NCBI GenBank assembly: GCA_947628835.1
Contig: CANRBL010000003.1
Location: 196-64,195 of the forward strand
Reading direction: 5' to 3'
Length of the DNA stretch: 64,000 nucleotides
From: an uncultured Clostridia bacterium
GTDB lineage: Bacteria > Bacillota > Clostridia > TANB77 > CAG-508
This document shows, piece by piece, positions 9,992-19,889 of this stretch; positions within the stretch are counted from its first letter, which is position 1, and each line of letters begins with the position of its first letter. The position numbers and the translations under genes are program-made. The notes beneath the pieces were generated by a model that worked only from the letters and a program-made list of their open reading frames with translations, was not told the origin of the DNA and did no database searches.

Positions 9992-11707
9992 ATGGAAAAA
10001 ATAATATCAAATAAATATATTCAAAAATTAATAAAATACAAAGAGTACATAATATTGTTAATAATAAGTATTATAATAATGTGGCCATATATGTCTAGCA
10101 ATTATATAAAAGGTGATGACACAGATATACATTTTTCAAATATATATGCAACATATACACAAATAGTTAAAGGAAGTTTGGGGTTTGACAAAATATTACC
10201 AATTGTTGCAAATAACTTAGGATATGGAACAGGAATATTTTATCCAGGATTATCACATATATTTACAGCATATATTACATTTTTGTTAAAAGGAAATATT
10301 ATATTAGCACTAAAAATAGTACATTGGTTAGTATATTTTATATCAGCAATAATGATGTATAAGTTAGTAAATAGAATATTTAAAAATAAGTATATATCAA
10401 TGGTGTCAGCAATATTTTATATAACCTTTCCGTATGCAATAACTGATGTATTTAGTAGAGATGCAATAGCAGAATCATTTGTTTTTATGTTTATGCCAAT
10501 GATAATACTAGGTTTATATGAACTATTTGAAGGAAATAAGCTAAATTTTTACATATGGTTTATAATAGGATATATAGGAATGTTAAACTCGCATTTAGTA
10601 ATGACAGTATATTTTACAGGATTAGTATTTATATATCTATTTATTAATATAAAAAAAGTGTTCAAAAAAGAAAACTTAAGAGCGCTAATTATTGCATCAA
10701 TTCTTATTTTAGCTATAACATCACCATTTACAATTTCGATAATAGAGCATAAAATAGCAGGTATTTATCATGTATTTGAAAGTAATGCTATGTCAAATAG
10801 AGATACAATGATAGGTTCAACTTTGGGAATAAATCTATTATTTATACAAAAACCTTTAGATGGATTTTCATCAGTAAGTACCTATTTAAATTTATTAGCA
10901 GTTGCTATGACAGTACTTGTAATAATAAAAAGAAAATCATTATTCAAAGAAGAAAGAGAAAAAAATATATTTAAATTTTTTATAATATTCACATTAGTTG
11001 CATTGTTTTTCATATCAAAGCTATGTCCATGGAAATATTTACCTAAAATGATGATAATGTTACAATTTGCATGGAGATTGGAAGCAATGTTAGTATTAGG
11101 ATTTAGTGTATTAGCAAGTTTGTTATTAAAAAATATAAATAGTAGAAAAGCTAAAATTATATGTTTAACTATCATATTATGTTTTAATACATTTACGGCA
11201 TATAATGCATACAATTATGAAAAAATATCAGAGAGAAACATTGATGAAATAAATATGTCATATTGGGGAATGGGATATGAAAAAGAATATTTACCTGAAA
11301 AGTCAATGGATTATACAGAATATATATTAGACAGAAGTCAAGATATAATTATAGAAGATGGAATAGGCAGTATAAAAATGATATCAAATGATATACCTAA
11401 ACTTGAAGCAGAAGTTAACTGTACAACAGAAATAACAATAGAATTGCCACGAATATATTATTTAGGTTATACAGCTAAATTTATAAATGAAAATAATGAA
11501 GAAACTAAATTAGATTTATATATGAATGACAAAGGTCTTATAGAAACAAAAATTGATTCAAATGGAACTATTTATTTAGAATATACGGGAACTATAGCAA
11601 ATAATATAGCAAATGTAATTAGTATAATTACTGTTTTAGGAATAGTAGCATATTTGGTATGTAGATATTTTAAAAAAAGAAGAATAAAATTATTAGCAGG
11701 AAAGTAA
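9992..11707 (+). CDS. Polytopic membrane protein (possible YfhO/GT-C-like glycosyl- or lipid-transfer family)
   Basis: 571-aa ORF with strong GGGGGAG SD and more than 10 hydrophobic helices. N-terminal loop has GDDTDIHF and a soluble C-terminal domain follows. Family assignment is tentative. Confidence 0.5.
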   Translation: MEKIISNKYIQKLIKYKEYIILLIISIIIMWPYMSSNYIKGDDTDIHFSNIYATYTQIVKGSLGFDKILPIVANNLGYGTGIFYPGLSHIFTAYITFLLKGNIILALKIVHWLVYFISAIMMYKLVNRIFKNKYISMVSAIFYITFPYAITDVFSRDAIAESFVFMFMPMIILGLYELFEGNKLNFYIWFIIGYIGMLNSHLVMTVYFTGLVFIYLFINIKKVFKKENLRALIIASILILAITSPFTISIIEHKIAGIYHVFESNAMSNRDTMIGSTLGINLLFIQKPLDGFSSVSTYLNLLAVAMTVLVIIKRKSLFKEEREKNIFKFFIIFTLVALFFISKLCPWKYLPKMMIMLQFAWRLEAMLVLGFSVLASLLLKNINSRKAKIICLTIILCFNTFTAYNAYNYEKISERNIDEINMSYWGMGYEKEYLPEKSMDYTEYILDRSQDIIIEDGIGSIKMISNDIPKLEAEVNCTTEITIELPRIYYLGYTAKFINENNEETKLDLYMNDKGLIETKIDSNGTIYLEYTGTIANNIANVISIITVLGIVAYLVCRYFKKRRIKLLAGK

Positions 11708-11730
11708 AATCTTGTATTAATTACAAAAAA

Positions 11731-12384
11731 ATGGAAAAAATAATATTAAAGCTTCTAAAGGAGGCGATAATATTGTTTTTTATTTTTTTGGTTATAATAA
11801 TTCTAATTACAGTATTTATCTGTAATATAAAGATAGAAATAGGATTTGAAAACATAAAATTTAATACATTAAATGATAATGGAAAATATTTAAATAAAGA
11901 TTATTCTATATGGATAGCAATATATTTAGGAGATAAAATACAATTAATAAAAAATGTTATAGATATACAAAATATGAAATTCAAAGATAAATTAAAAAAT
12001 TTTGATATAGAATCTGTTAAGAATAAAAAAATACAATTAAAAGAAATAGGTAAAACCATTAAAAATTTTAATTTTAAAATTAGAAAACTTAATTTAAAAG
12101 TAGAAGTAGGAACTGAAAATGCATTTTTTACATCAATTATGGTAGCTATTATATCAAGTATAATAGCAATAATAGTTGAAAATCGTATATATCAGGCAGA
12201 GAAAAAACAATATGTAATAAAGCCTGTTTATATAAACAAAAATTTATTAAATATTGAGATAGACTGTATATTTAATATAAAATTGATACATATTATTTAT
12301 ATAATATATATCTTAAATAAGAAAGGGAGAGATAAAAATGTCAGAACATCCAATAGAAGGTCTTATGGTTACAGCTATGAATAG
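11731..12384 (+). CDS. YtfI-like (DUF2953) sporulation-associated membrane protein
   Basis: 217-aa ORF with an N-terminal TM helix, immediately upstream of and overlapping the ytfJ-like gene, as for ytfI-ytfJ in Bacillus. Called from context and size only. Confidence 0.4.
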   Translation: MEKIILKLLKEAIILFFIFLVIIILITVFICNIKIEIGFENIKFNTLNDNGKYLNKDYSIWIAIYLGDKIQLIKNVIDIQNMKFKDKLKNFDIESVKNKKIQLKEIGKTIKNFNFKIRKLNLKVEVGTENAFFTSIMVAIISSIIAIIVENRIYQAEKKQYVIKPVYINKNLLNIEIDCIFNIKLIHIIYIIYILNKKGRDKNVRTSNRRSYGYSYE

Positions 12385-12958
12385 CATACAAGATATGATT
12401 GATGTAAATACTATAATAGGTGAACCGATAGAAACGTCTAATAATATTGTTATAATTCCAATATCAAAAGTATCTTTTGGTTTTGCAGCAGGAGGAAGTG
12501 AATTTAAAGGAGAAACTATTGATGAATACACAAAAAAAGATAAAGAGGAGGCAATCCAGTATAGATTGCCATTTGGAGGAGGAAGTGGAGCAGGTGTAAC
12601 CATAAATCCGATAGCGTTTTTAATAGTACAGTCTAATAATGTAAAATTATTGCCTGTAAATCATGCATCATCAATAGACAAATTATTAGATTATATTCCA
12701 GAATTATTAGAAAAAACAAATAATATGATGAACAAATGCATGCAAAATAAAAAAGATGAAACTCAAAAAATAATAAAAGAAATGCAAAAAGAAAATAGAA
12801 AAAATGATATGAAAAGTAAAAAAAATAAGAAAGAGGAAGCATCTGAACAATCTCAGATGGAGAAAAACGAAACTTTAAAACCAAATGATGAAAATAAAGA
12901 AGTTCAATATAATGATGTAAATATACAGGTTGAAAATGAATATTATGAAGATGAATAA
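12338..12958 (+). CDS. ytfJ: GerW/YtfJ family sporulation protein with Lys/Glu-rich C-terminal extension
   Basis: MSEHPIEGLM...VNTIIGEPIET...IIPISKVSFGFAAGGSEF...PFGGGSGAGVTINPIAFLIV is the family signature. SD GGGAGAG. Confidence 0.75.
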   Translation: MSEHPIEGLMVTAMNSIQDMIDVNTIIGEPIETSNNIVIIPISKVSFGFAAGGSEFKGETIDEYTKKDKEEAIQYRLPFGGGSGAGVTINPIAFLIVQSNNVKLLPVNHASSIDKLLDYIPELLEKTNNMMNKCMQNKKDETQKIIKEMQKENRKNDMKSKKNKKEEASEQSQMEKNETLKPNDENKEVQYNDVNIQVENEYYEDE

Positions 12959-13128
12959 AAGTTTTGATAATAGAAAGTAATTTGCTAGTATATATTAAGT
13001 GTGTTATCATGAAAGAAGAAATAAAAATAATATAATTTTAATCAAGGCTGTACAGTAACAATGTAAATAAAAAATTTTAATTTTAATGAAAAAGAATCAA
13101 TTGGTGTCAAGGAATTTCAGAAAAATAC

Positions 13129-13157
13129 TTGACGAATGAATAAAAGTAGTATAATAT
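13129..13157 (+). promoter_or_regulatory. Putative sigma-A-type promoter
   Basis: TTGACG at 13129-13134. TATAAT lies at 15-nt spacing and TAATAT at 17-nt spacing. Confidence 0.35.
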
Positions 13158-13258
13158 AATGAAAAATAAGGAAAAATAAAAACTAATAATCAATAGAAGA
13201 AAGAGGGAGGAAAAAACAAAAGATGAAGAAACTAAATGCTGAAAGCCTTGAGGCTGTA

Positions 13259-13276
13259 CACACACACACACACACA
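13259..13276. repeat. (CA)9 dinucleotide microsatellite
   Basis: CACACACACACACACACA read directly. It lies inside a 45-codon ORF (13223..13360), about 190 nt upstream of the pilin-like gene. Confidence 0.95.
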
Positions 13277-13463
13277 GATATATTATATTTATTAAATGAA
13301 AAAAATTTAAATAAAAAATATAGCAGGAGTAAAACTGTGTCAATTTTTGATACAAGTTAATACTTCTGCTTTTTGTATTATAAATTTGTAGCTAGAGATA
13401 ATTGCAAAGTCATAATGTGATTAAAAATCAAGAAATCAATAAAAAAGAATGGAGGAAAGAAAA

Positions 13464-14213
13464 ATGGAAGAGAAGAAAAAAATAAATGGTATAACGTTGA
13501 TAGCATTAGTAATAACAATAATAGTGTTATTAATTTTAGCAGGAGTAACAATAGCGACGTTAGGAGGAGACAATGGAATAATAGCAAGAGCTAAGACAGC
13601 GCAAGAAAAGAATGCATACAAAAAAGCTGAGGAAGAAGTAAAAATAGTGTTGAATGCATATCAAACAGAAAAATATCAAAAAGAAGAAACAACATTAGGA
13701 GAATATTTAGAAATAGCAAAAAATAATAATGAAATAGATGAGTATAGTACAGACGAAACTAAAGAAGGAATATATATAATAGAAAGAGATGGGTATCAAT
13801 TTGAAATAAATGAAAAAAATCTTGAAATAGAATCAAGTACAGGAGATGAAACAATAGGTAAACAAGAAGGTGCAAACCCAGGTGTAGCTAAAGGAATTCT
13901 AAAAAGGGTGGATTTAGGAACTAATAGTTTGGGTAGTGGAAATGTTACATCAACCACATTTAGTGCGAAAGATATACCAAACTATTCACAGTTAACAAAA
14001 GATAATTTCGTTGCTTATTTATCTCAGCAGACCAGTTCAGTATCAACAGCAACTACGAGTTATTGTTGGACTGCTTTTAATGGATGTTCTGTTTCAAACT
14101 ATGATAGTTCAACAGGTGTTGTTTCTGTTTATGTGAATAGAGGGTTAGATAAAAATGCAGAGCTCATTAAGTCAAGTGTATCATGCTTGTGTTATTATAT
14201 TGGTGATGAATAA
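13464..14213 (+). CDS. Prepilin-type N-terminal domain protein (orphan pseudopilin-like)
   Basis: MEEKKKING/ITLIALVITIIVLLILAGV resembles a class III (prepilin) signal plus hydrophobic helix, with Ala where the usual Glu5 sits. GGAGGA lies 7 nt before ATG 13464. The C-terminal domain is unknown. Confidence 0.55.
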   Translation: MEEKKKINGITLIALVITIIVLLILAGVTIATLGGDNGIIARAKTAQEKNAYKKAEEEVKIVLNAYQTEKYQKEETTLGEYLEIAKNNNEIDEYSTDETKEGIYIIERDGYQFEINEKNLEIESSTGDETIGKQEGANPGVAKGILKRVDLGTNSLGSGNVTSTTFSAKDIPNYSQLTKDNFVAYLSQQTSSVSTATTSYCWTAFNGCSVSNYDSSTGVVSVYVNRGLDKNAELIKSSVSCLCYYIGDE

Positions 14214-14229
14214 AAAATGGCAAATTTTA

Positions 14230-14333
14230 GTTGCAAGTTAATGGAATATAATCTAAAAAACGTTGAAATATAAGAATTTGAATGTAATGAAAACCTTATA
14301 TTTCAATGTTTTTTGAATTTGTTTTTGAAAACC
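14230..14333 (+). mobile_element. Internally deleted derivative of the MITE-like element
   Basis: GTTGCAAGTTAATGG ... TTGAAATATAAGAATTTGAATG-TAATGAAAACCTTATATTTCAATG matches the end and sub-terminal parts of the 255-bp element. The centre and right TIR are missing. Confidence 0.55.
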
Positions 14334-14373
14334 TTTATTTAGTACAAATTTAAATAAAAAAATTTAAAATCAC

Positions 14374-14402
14374 TTGATTTTTCTAGTAATATATAGTAAA
14401 AT
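14374..14402 (+). promoter_or_regulatory. Putative rpsO promoter
   Basis: TTGATT, 17 nt, TAAAAT, followed by a roughly 140-nt structured leader. Confidence 0.4.
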
Positions 14403-14542
14403 ATAGCATGTAATACAAAATGTTTTCATTTTGTAGAAATACCTAAAATTTGAATAGGTATTTTACCTTATACTTAGCCAAAAGATTGCACCTATTCTTT
14501 TAGCTCAGTTTAAGGAGAAAAATAAAAATAGGAGGTGTAGAT

Positions 14543-14806
14543 ATGACAAAAGAAAGAAAACAAGAGATTATTGCAACATATAAAAGAGAGGAAAATGATA
14601 CAGGTTCACCAGAGGTACAAATAGCCTTATTAACAGAAAGAATAAATGAATTAACAGAACACTTAAAAATTCACAAGAAAGATAATCATTCAAGAAGAGG
14701 ACTATTAAAAATGGTAGGAAAAAGAAGAAACCTATTAAATTACTTAGCAAAGAAAGACTTACAAAGATATTTAGGAATAATCGAAAAATTAGGATTAAGA
14801 AAATAA
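14543..14806 (+). CDS. rpsO: 30S ribosomal protein S15
   Basis: 87 aa. [43 protein letters not shown] is canonical S15. SD AGGAGGTG. Confidence 0.95.
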   Translation: MTKERKQEIIATYKREENDTGSPEVQIALLTERINELTEHLKIHKKDNHSRRGLLKMVGKRRNLLNYLAKKDLQRYLGIIEKLGLRK

Positions 14807-14812
14807 ACAACT

Positions 14813-14846
14813 AAGGACGTTTGGAAATCTTCAAACGTCCTTTATT
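14813..14846 (+). terminator. Rho-independent terminator after rpsO
   Basis: AAGGACGTTTG-gaaatctt-CAAACGTCCTT followed by TATT. Confidence 0.7.
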
Positions 14847-15078
14847 AAAAATAAAAATGCATTAGAAAACATATTAGTGCAAATAATAAATTAAAAATAA
14901 GGATATAAGCTTAAAATTAGAAGTAGCTTGTACAATGTATTAAAGAAATAATATATTGTAGAGGTTACAATCTAATAAATAAGCTTATAAAAAATTATAT
15001 AATTAATATGATAAAAACATATTTTTGAGAAATGTAATAAAATATAGGTGCAAGTTTAATTTAAAGGAGTGTATAAAA

Positions 15079-17205
15079 ATGTTTAAAACATATGAAACAG
15101 AATTATCAGGAAGAAAGTTAATTTTTGAAACTGGAAAAATGGCAGAACTAGCAAATGGAAGTGTATTAGTAAGATTTGGAGATACAGTAGTAATGGTAAA
15201 TGTTACTGCATCAAAAGAACCAAAAGAAGGAATAGACTTTTTCCCTTTATCAGTAGATTATGAAGAAAAATTATATTCAGTAGGAAAAATACCAGGTTCA
15301 TTTCAAAAAAGAGAAGGAAAACCAAGTGATAAAGCAATATTAACATCAAGAGCAATAGATAGACCATTAAGACCATTATTTCCAAAGGATTTTAGAAATG
15401 ATGTAGTAGTTGTTGCTACAGTATTATGTGTAGACCAAGACAATTCTCCAGAAGTAGCAGCAATGATAGGTGCTTCATGTGCATTATCAATATCAGACAT
15501 ACCATTTGGAGGACCAACAGCAGCAGTTAATGTAGGAATAGTAAATGGAGAAATAATAATAAATCCAACAGAAAGTCAAAGAGAACAAAGTGATTTAACA
15601 TTAACAGTAGCGGGTACGGAAGAAAAAATAGCAATGATAGAAGCGGGAGCAAATGAAATACCTGATGATTTAATGTTAGAAGCTATAAAAAAAGGACATG
15701 AAGAAATAAAAAAAATGTGTCAATTTATACAAAAAATAAAAGAAGAAATAGGAAAGCCAAAATTTGAATATAAATCATTTGCAGTAGATGAAGAAATATA
15801 TAATTTTGTTAAAGATAATTTTGAAAATGAAATGAAAATAGCAGTACAGGAAGTTGATAAAACAATAAGAGATAATAATGTTGAAGAATTAACAGACAAA
15901 ATATGTAATAATTATGTAGAAAAATATGGAGAAGAACTTGCAGAAACAAATAAACAAAATATAGGAGAAGCAATATACAAGTTAGAAAAAAAATGCGTAA
16001 GAGATATGATATTTTACGAGCATAAAAGAGTAGATGGTAGAAAATTAGATGAAATAAGACCACTTTCATGTGAGGTGGGATTATTACCACGAACACATGG
16101 TAGTGCATTATTTACAAGAGGGCAAACACAAGTATTATCAATTGCAACATTAGGAATGGTAAGTGAGGAACAAGTATTAGATGGAATAGACACAGAAGTA
16201 GCCAAAAGATATATGCATCAATATAATTTCCCTTCATATAGTGTAGGAGAAGCACGACCATCAAGAGGACCAGGAAGAAGAGAAATAGGACATGGAGCAT
16301 TGGCAGAAAAAGCATTAGCACCAGTAATACCATCAAAAGAAGAATTTCCATATGCAATAAGAGTAGTATCAGAAGTGTTATCTTCAAATGGTTCAACATC
16401 ACAAGCAAGCATATGTGGAAGTACATTGGCACTAATGGATGCAGGTGTACCAATAAAAGCACCAGTAGCAGGAATATCAACAGGACTTGTTACAAATCCA
16501 GAAAATCCAGACGATTATGTAATGTTAACAGATATACAAGGATTAGAAGATTTCTTTGGAGATATGGATTTTAAAGTTGGAGGAACAGAAAAAGGAATTA
16601 CAGCAATACAAGTAGATATCAAAGTTGATGGTTTATCATATAAAGTTATAGAAGAAGCATTTGCTAGAACAAGAGAGGCAAGACATTATATTTTAAATGA
16701 AATAATGTTAAAGCAAATTGATAAACCAAGAAATGAAATATCAAAATATGCTCCAAGAATTGTAAATACAAAAATAAAAGTAGAAAAAATAAAAGATGTA
16801 ATAGGAAAAGGCGGAGAAACAATAAATAAAATAATAGAACAAACAGGAGTAAAAATAGATATAGAAGAAGATGGACAAGTATTTATATATTCAGCAGATA
16901 ATCAAAAGGCACAAGAAGCTCTAGACATAATTGAAGATATAGTAAGAGATGTAGAAGTTGGTGGAATATATTTAGGTACAGTTGTTAGAATAATGCCATT
17001 TGGAGCTTTTGTAGATTTAGGTGTTGCTGGAAAAGAAGGTTTATTGCACATTTCCAGAATTTCAAAAGAAAGAATTAAACATGTAGAAGATGTATTAAGT
17101 GTAGGAGATAGAGTAACAGTAAAAGTGTACGAAATAGATGAACAAGGAAAAATTAATTTAACAATGAAAGATTTAAATGAAGAAAAAAAGGAAAGGTGTG
17201 AGTAG
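15079..17205 (+). CDS. pnp: Polyribonucleotide nucleotidyltransferase (PNPase)
   Basis: Two RNase PH domains plus KH (KIKDVIGKGGETINKI) and S1 (GGIYLGTVVRIMPFGAFVDL). ATG 15079 after AAAGGAG is preferred over the track start at 15025. Confidence 0.95.
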   Translation: MFKTYETELSGRKLIFETGKMAELANGSVLVRFGDTVVMVNVTASKEPKEGIDFFPLSVDYEEKLYSVGKIPGSFQKREGKPSDKAILTSRAIDRPLRPLFPKDFRNDVVVVATVLCVDQDNSPEVAAMIGASCALSISDIPFGGPTAAVNVGIVNGEIIINPTESQREQSDLTLTVAGTEEKIAMIEAGANEIPDDLMLEAIKKGHEEIKKMCQFIQKIKEEIGKPKFEYKSFAVDEEIYNFVKDNFENEMKIAVQEVDKTIRDNNVEELTDKICNNYVEKYGEELAETNKQNIGEAIYKLEKKCVRDMIFYEHKRVDGRKLDEIRPLSCEVGLLPRTHGSALFTRGQTQVLSIATLGMVSEEQVLDGIDTEVAKRYMHQYNFPSYSVGEARPSRGPGRREIGHGALAEKALAPVIPSKEEFPYAIRVVSEVLSSNGSTSQASICGSTLALMDAGVPIKAPVAGISTGLVTNPENPDDYVMLTDIQGLEDFFGDMDFKVGGTEKGITAIQVDIKVDGLSYKVIEEAFARTREARHYILNEIMLKQIDKPRNEISKYAPRIVNTKIKVEKIKDVIGKGGETINKIIEQTGVKIDIEEDGQVFIYSADNQKAQEALDIIEDIVRDVEVGGIYLGTVVRIMPFGAFVDLGVAGKEGLLHISRISKERIKHVEDVLSVGDRVTVKVYEIDEQGKINLTMKDLNEEKKERCE

Positions 17206-17206
17206 A

Positions 17207-19621
17207 ATGTTAGATAAAAAATATAATGCATTAGAAAAAGAAGAAAAATGGTTAAATTATTGGAAAGACAATAAAATTTATGAATTTAAAAGAAATGGAA
17301 AAGAAATATATTCAATAGATACTCCACCACCAACAGTAAATGGTAAAATTCATATTGGTCATATTTTTTCATATACGCAAACAGAAATGTTAGCAAGATA
17401 TAAGAGATTAAGAGGATATAATATATTTTATCCATTTGGATTTGATGATAATGGATTACCTAGTGAAAGACTTGTAGAAAAAGAACAAGGAAAAAGAGCT
17501 CATGAAATAGGAAGAGAAAAATTCTCAGAACTATGTTATGAAACTACTAATAAATACGAAGCAGATTTTCAAGAATTATTTAGTAAAATGGGTGTAAGTA
17601 CAGATTGGAGTATTCATTATAAAACGGTTGCACCATCAACAATAAAAATTAGTCAAAAGTCATTTTTAGATTTAATTGAAAAAGGACATTGTTATCATAA
17701 AGAAAGTCCAGCTTTATGGTGTAATGAGTGTTTAACTTCAATTGCACAAGCTGAGTTAGAAACAAAAACAATTAAAACAACATTTAATTATATAAATTTC
17801 AAAACTATAGAAGACAATGAAGAATTTACAATTGCAACAACAAGACCAGAACTTTTACCTGCTATTGTTTGCGTATTTGTTAATCCAGAAGATGAAAAAC
17901 ATAAGCATTTAATTGGTAAAACTGCACATATTCCTGTAATTGATGTAGAAGTTCCAATAATGGCTGATGAAAAAGTTGCTATTGACAAGGGTACAGGTGT
18001 AGTTATGTGTTGTACTTTTGGAGATCAAACTGATATTGAATGGTGGAAAAAATATAAATTACCATTGAAATATATATTCACAGATAATGGAAAAATAATA
18101 GATGAAGTACCAAAATATGGTGGTTTAAAAATAAAAGAAGCTAGAAAGAAAATAATAGAAGATTTACAAGCTGGTGGATATGTAGTTAAAGTTGAAGAAT
18201 TAGAACATGAAGTTCAAACACACGAAAGATGTGGAAAAGAAGTTGAATATGCAGTTATGAAACAGTGGTTTATAGACATTATGAATCATAAAGAAGATTT
18301 CTTGAAAATTGGTAATGAAATAAAATGGCATCCTGCACATATGCACTCAAGATATGATGAGTGGGTAAATAATATTGCGTGGGATTGGTGCATTTCAAGA
18401 CAAAGATATTTTGGAGTTCCTTTTCCAGTTTGGTATTGTAAAGATTGTGGAGAACCTGTATTTGCTAGAAAAGAAGATTTGCCAATAAATCCATTAGTAG
18501 ATAAACCAAAGACTGAGAAATGTTCAAAATGTGGTTGCAGAGAATTTGAAGCTGATACAGATATAATGGATACTTGGGCCACATCATCAGTTACACCACT
18601 TATAAATATGAGATATGGTGAAAAAGAAAACTTTGAAGATATTTTAAAACCTATGAGTTTAAGAACAAATGCAAGTGAAATAATTAGAACTTGGGATTTT
18701 TATACAATAGTTAAGAGTTTCTATCATTTTGGACAAAGACCTTGGGATAATGTTATGATTTCAGGTTTTGTTATGGCAAATAAAGGAGAAAAAATTAGCA
18801 AAAGTAAAGGAAATAGCAAACATGAACCAATGGATTTAATAAAACAATATTCAGCAGATGTTCTTAGATATTGGGCAGGAACTGGAAGATTAGGAACAGA
18901 TATTGTATTTAGTGAGGAAACATTGCTTCGTGGAAAGAAATTAATAAATAAAATATGGAATGTATCTAAATTTATTGAAATGCATTTATCAGATTACGAA
19001 GATAAAGAGTTTGAAGATTTTGAATTTATTGATAAATGGATTTTAGGACGTTTTCAAGAAATGGAAAAGCAGTTTATTAATTATTTAGATGAGTATGAAG
19101 TGGGATTAGCATTAAATATTTTAGAAAAATTCTTTTGGGAATTTTGTGATAATTACATAGAAATAGTAAAACATAGATTATATAGACCAGAAGAATTTGG
19201 AGATATACCAAGATATAGTGGCCAAAAGACAGTTTATACGTTATTGTATAAATTATTGCAAGATTTTAGTATATATTTTCCATTTATAACAGAAGAAATA
19301 TTCCAAGAATTATATCATAATAATTCTTCTATTCATCTTACAAAAATTGAACAATTAACTTATGATTTTAATAAAGAAATTGAATTAGGTAATCAAATAA
19401 TTGAAATTATAAGTCAATCAAGAGGAGCAAAAACGAATAATAATGTTTCATTAAAGACACCTATAAAAAATTTATCAATAGGAGTTAATAAAGAACTAAA
19501 AGAAGCTATTGACAAATCAATAAAGGATTTTAAAGCAACTTTGTTTATACAAAATTTAGAATGCAAAATTATTGATAAGGATTATGAAGTATATAATATT
19601 GAGTTAGATTTAGAAGAATAA
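17207..19621 (+). CDS. valS: Valine--tRNA ligase (archaeal/actinobacterial-like class I type)
   Basis: HIGH motif (PPPTVNGKIHIGHIFSY), FGFDDNGLPSE, KMSKS-like KISKSKGN, CxxC zinc knuckles. ATG 17207 lies 1 nt after the pnp stop. The Val rather than Ile/Leu assignment comes from N-terminal motif resemblance. Confidence 0.75.
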   Translation: MLDKKYNALEKEEKWLNYWKDNKIYEFKRNGKEIYSIDTPPPTVNGKIHIGHIFSYTQTEMLARYKRLRGYNIFYPFGFDDNGLPSERLVEKEQGKRAHEIGREKFSELCYETTNKYEADFQELFSKMGVSTDWSIHYKTVAPSTIKISQKSFLDLIEKGHCYHKESPALWCNECLTSIAQAELETKTIKTTFNYINFKTIEDNEEFTIATTRPELLPAIVCVFVNPEDEKHKHLIGKTAHIPVIDVEVPIMADEKVAIDKGTGVVMCCTFGDQTDIEWWKKYKLPLKYIFTDNGKIIDEVPKYGGLKIKEARKKIIEDLQAGGYVVKVEELEHEVQTHERCGKEVEYAVMKQWFIDIMNHKEDFLKIGNEIKWHPAHMHSRYDEWVNNIAWDWCISRQRYFGVPFPVWYCKDCGEPVFARKEDLPINPLVDKPKTEKCSKCGCREFEADTDIMDTWATSSVTPLINMRYGEKENFEDILKPMSLRTNASEIIRTWDFYTIVKSFYHFGQRPWDNVMISGFVMANKGEKISKSKGNSKHEPMDLIKQYSADVLRYWAGTGRLGTDIVFSEETLLRGKKLINKIWNVSKFIEMHLSDYEDKEFEDFEFIDKWILGRFQEMEKQFINYLDEYEVGLALNILEKFFWEFCDNYIEIVKHRLYRPEEFGDIPRYSGQKTVYTLLYKLLQDFSIYFPFITEEIFQELYHNNSSIHLTKIEQLTYDFNKEIELGNQIIEIISQSRGAKTNNNVSLKTPIKNLSIGVNKELKEAIDKSIKDFKATLFIQNLECKIIDKDYEVYNIELDLEE

Positions 19622-19822
19622 AAGATAAAGTTATTAAATATTTAGAATGAATAAAAAATGAGACATACATTTTAAAGTTAATCCTTTCAAAATGTAAAAA
19701 ATAAAAAATACCTAAAGAAAAAAGTAAAGAGGAAAAAGCGAAGCTAGAAAAATATCAGTAAATGTTAAAAAATATCGAAAAAACTTTAGGTTATAAAATA
19801 TATAAGTGAATTATATTATTGT

Positions 19823-19858
19823 AAATAAAGCCAAAGTTTAACTTTGGCTTTATTTATA
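19823..19858 (+). terminator. Rho-independent terminator
   Basis: AAATAAAGCCAAAGT-tta-ACTTTGGCTTTATTT. Confidence 0.6.
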
Positions 19859-19889
19859 TCATAATAGGGTAAGAAAGGATGTTTAAGTA

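Noticed and set aside
15025-15078. Upstream extension of pnp (track start 15025) and of valS (track start 17177)
   Set aside because: The internal ATGs at 15079 and 17207 have proper SD sequences and give canonical N-termini (MFKTYETEL..., MLDKKYNALEKEEKW...). The extensions would overlap upstream non-coding or coding sequence.
17203-17209. T-box leader for valS
   Set aside because: valS starts 1 nt after the pnp stop, so there is no room for a leader. It appears to be co-transcribed with pnp.
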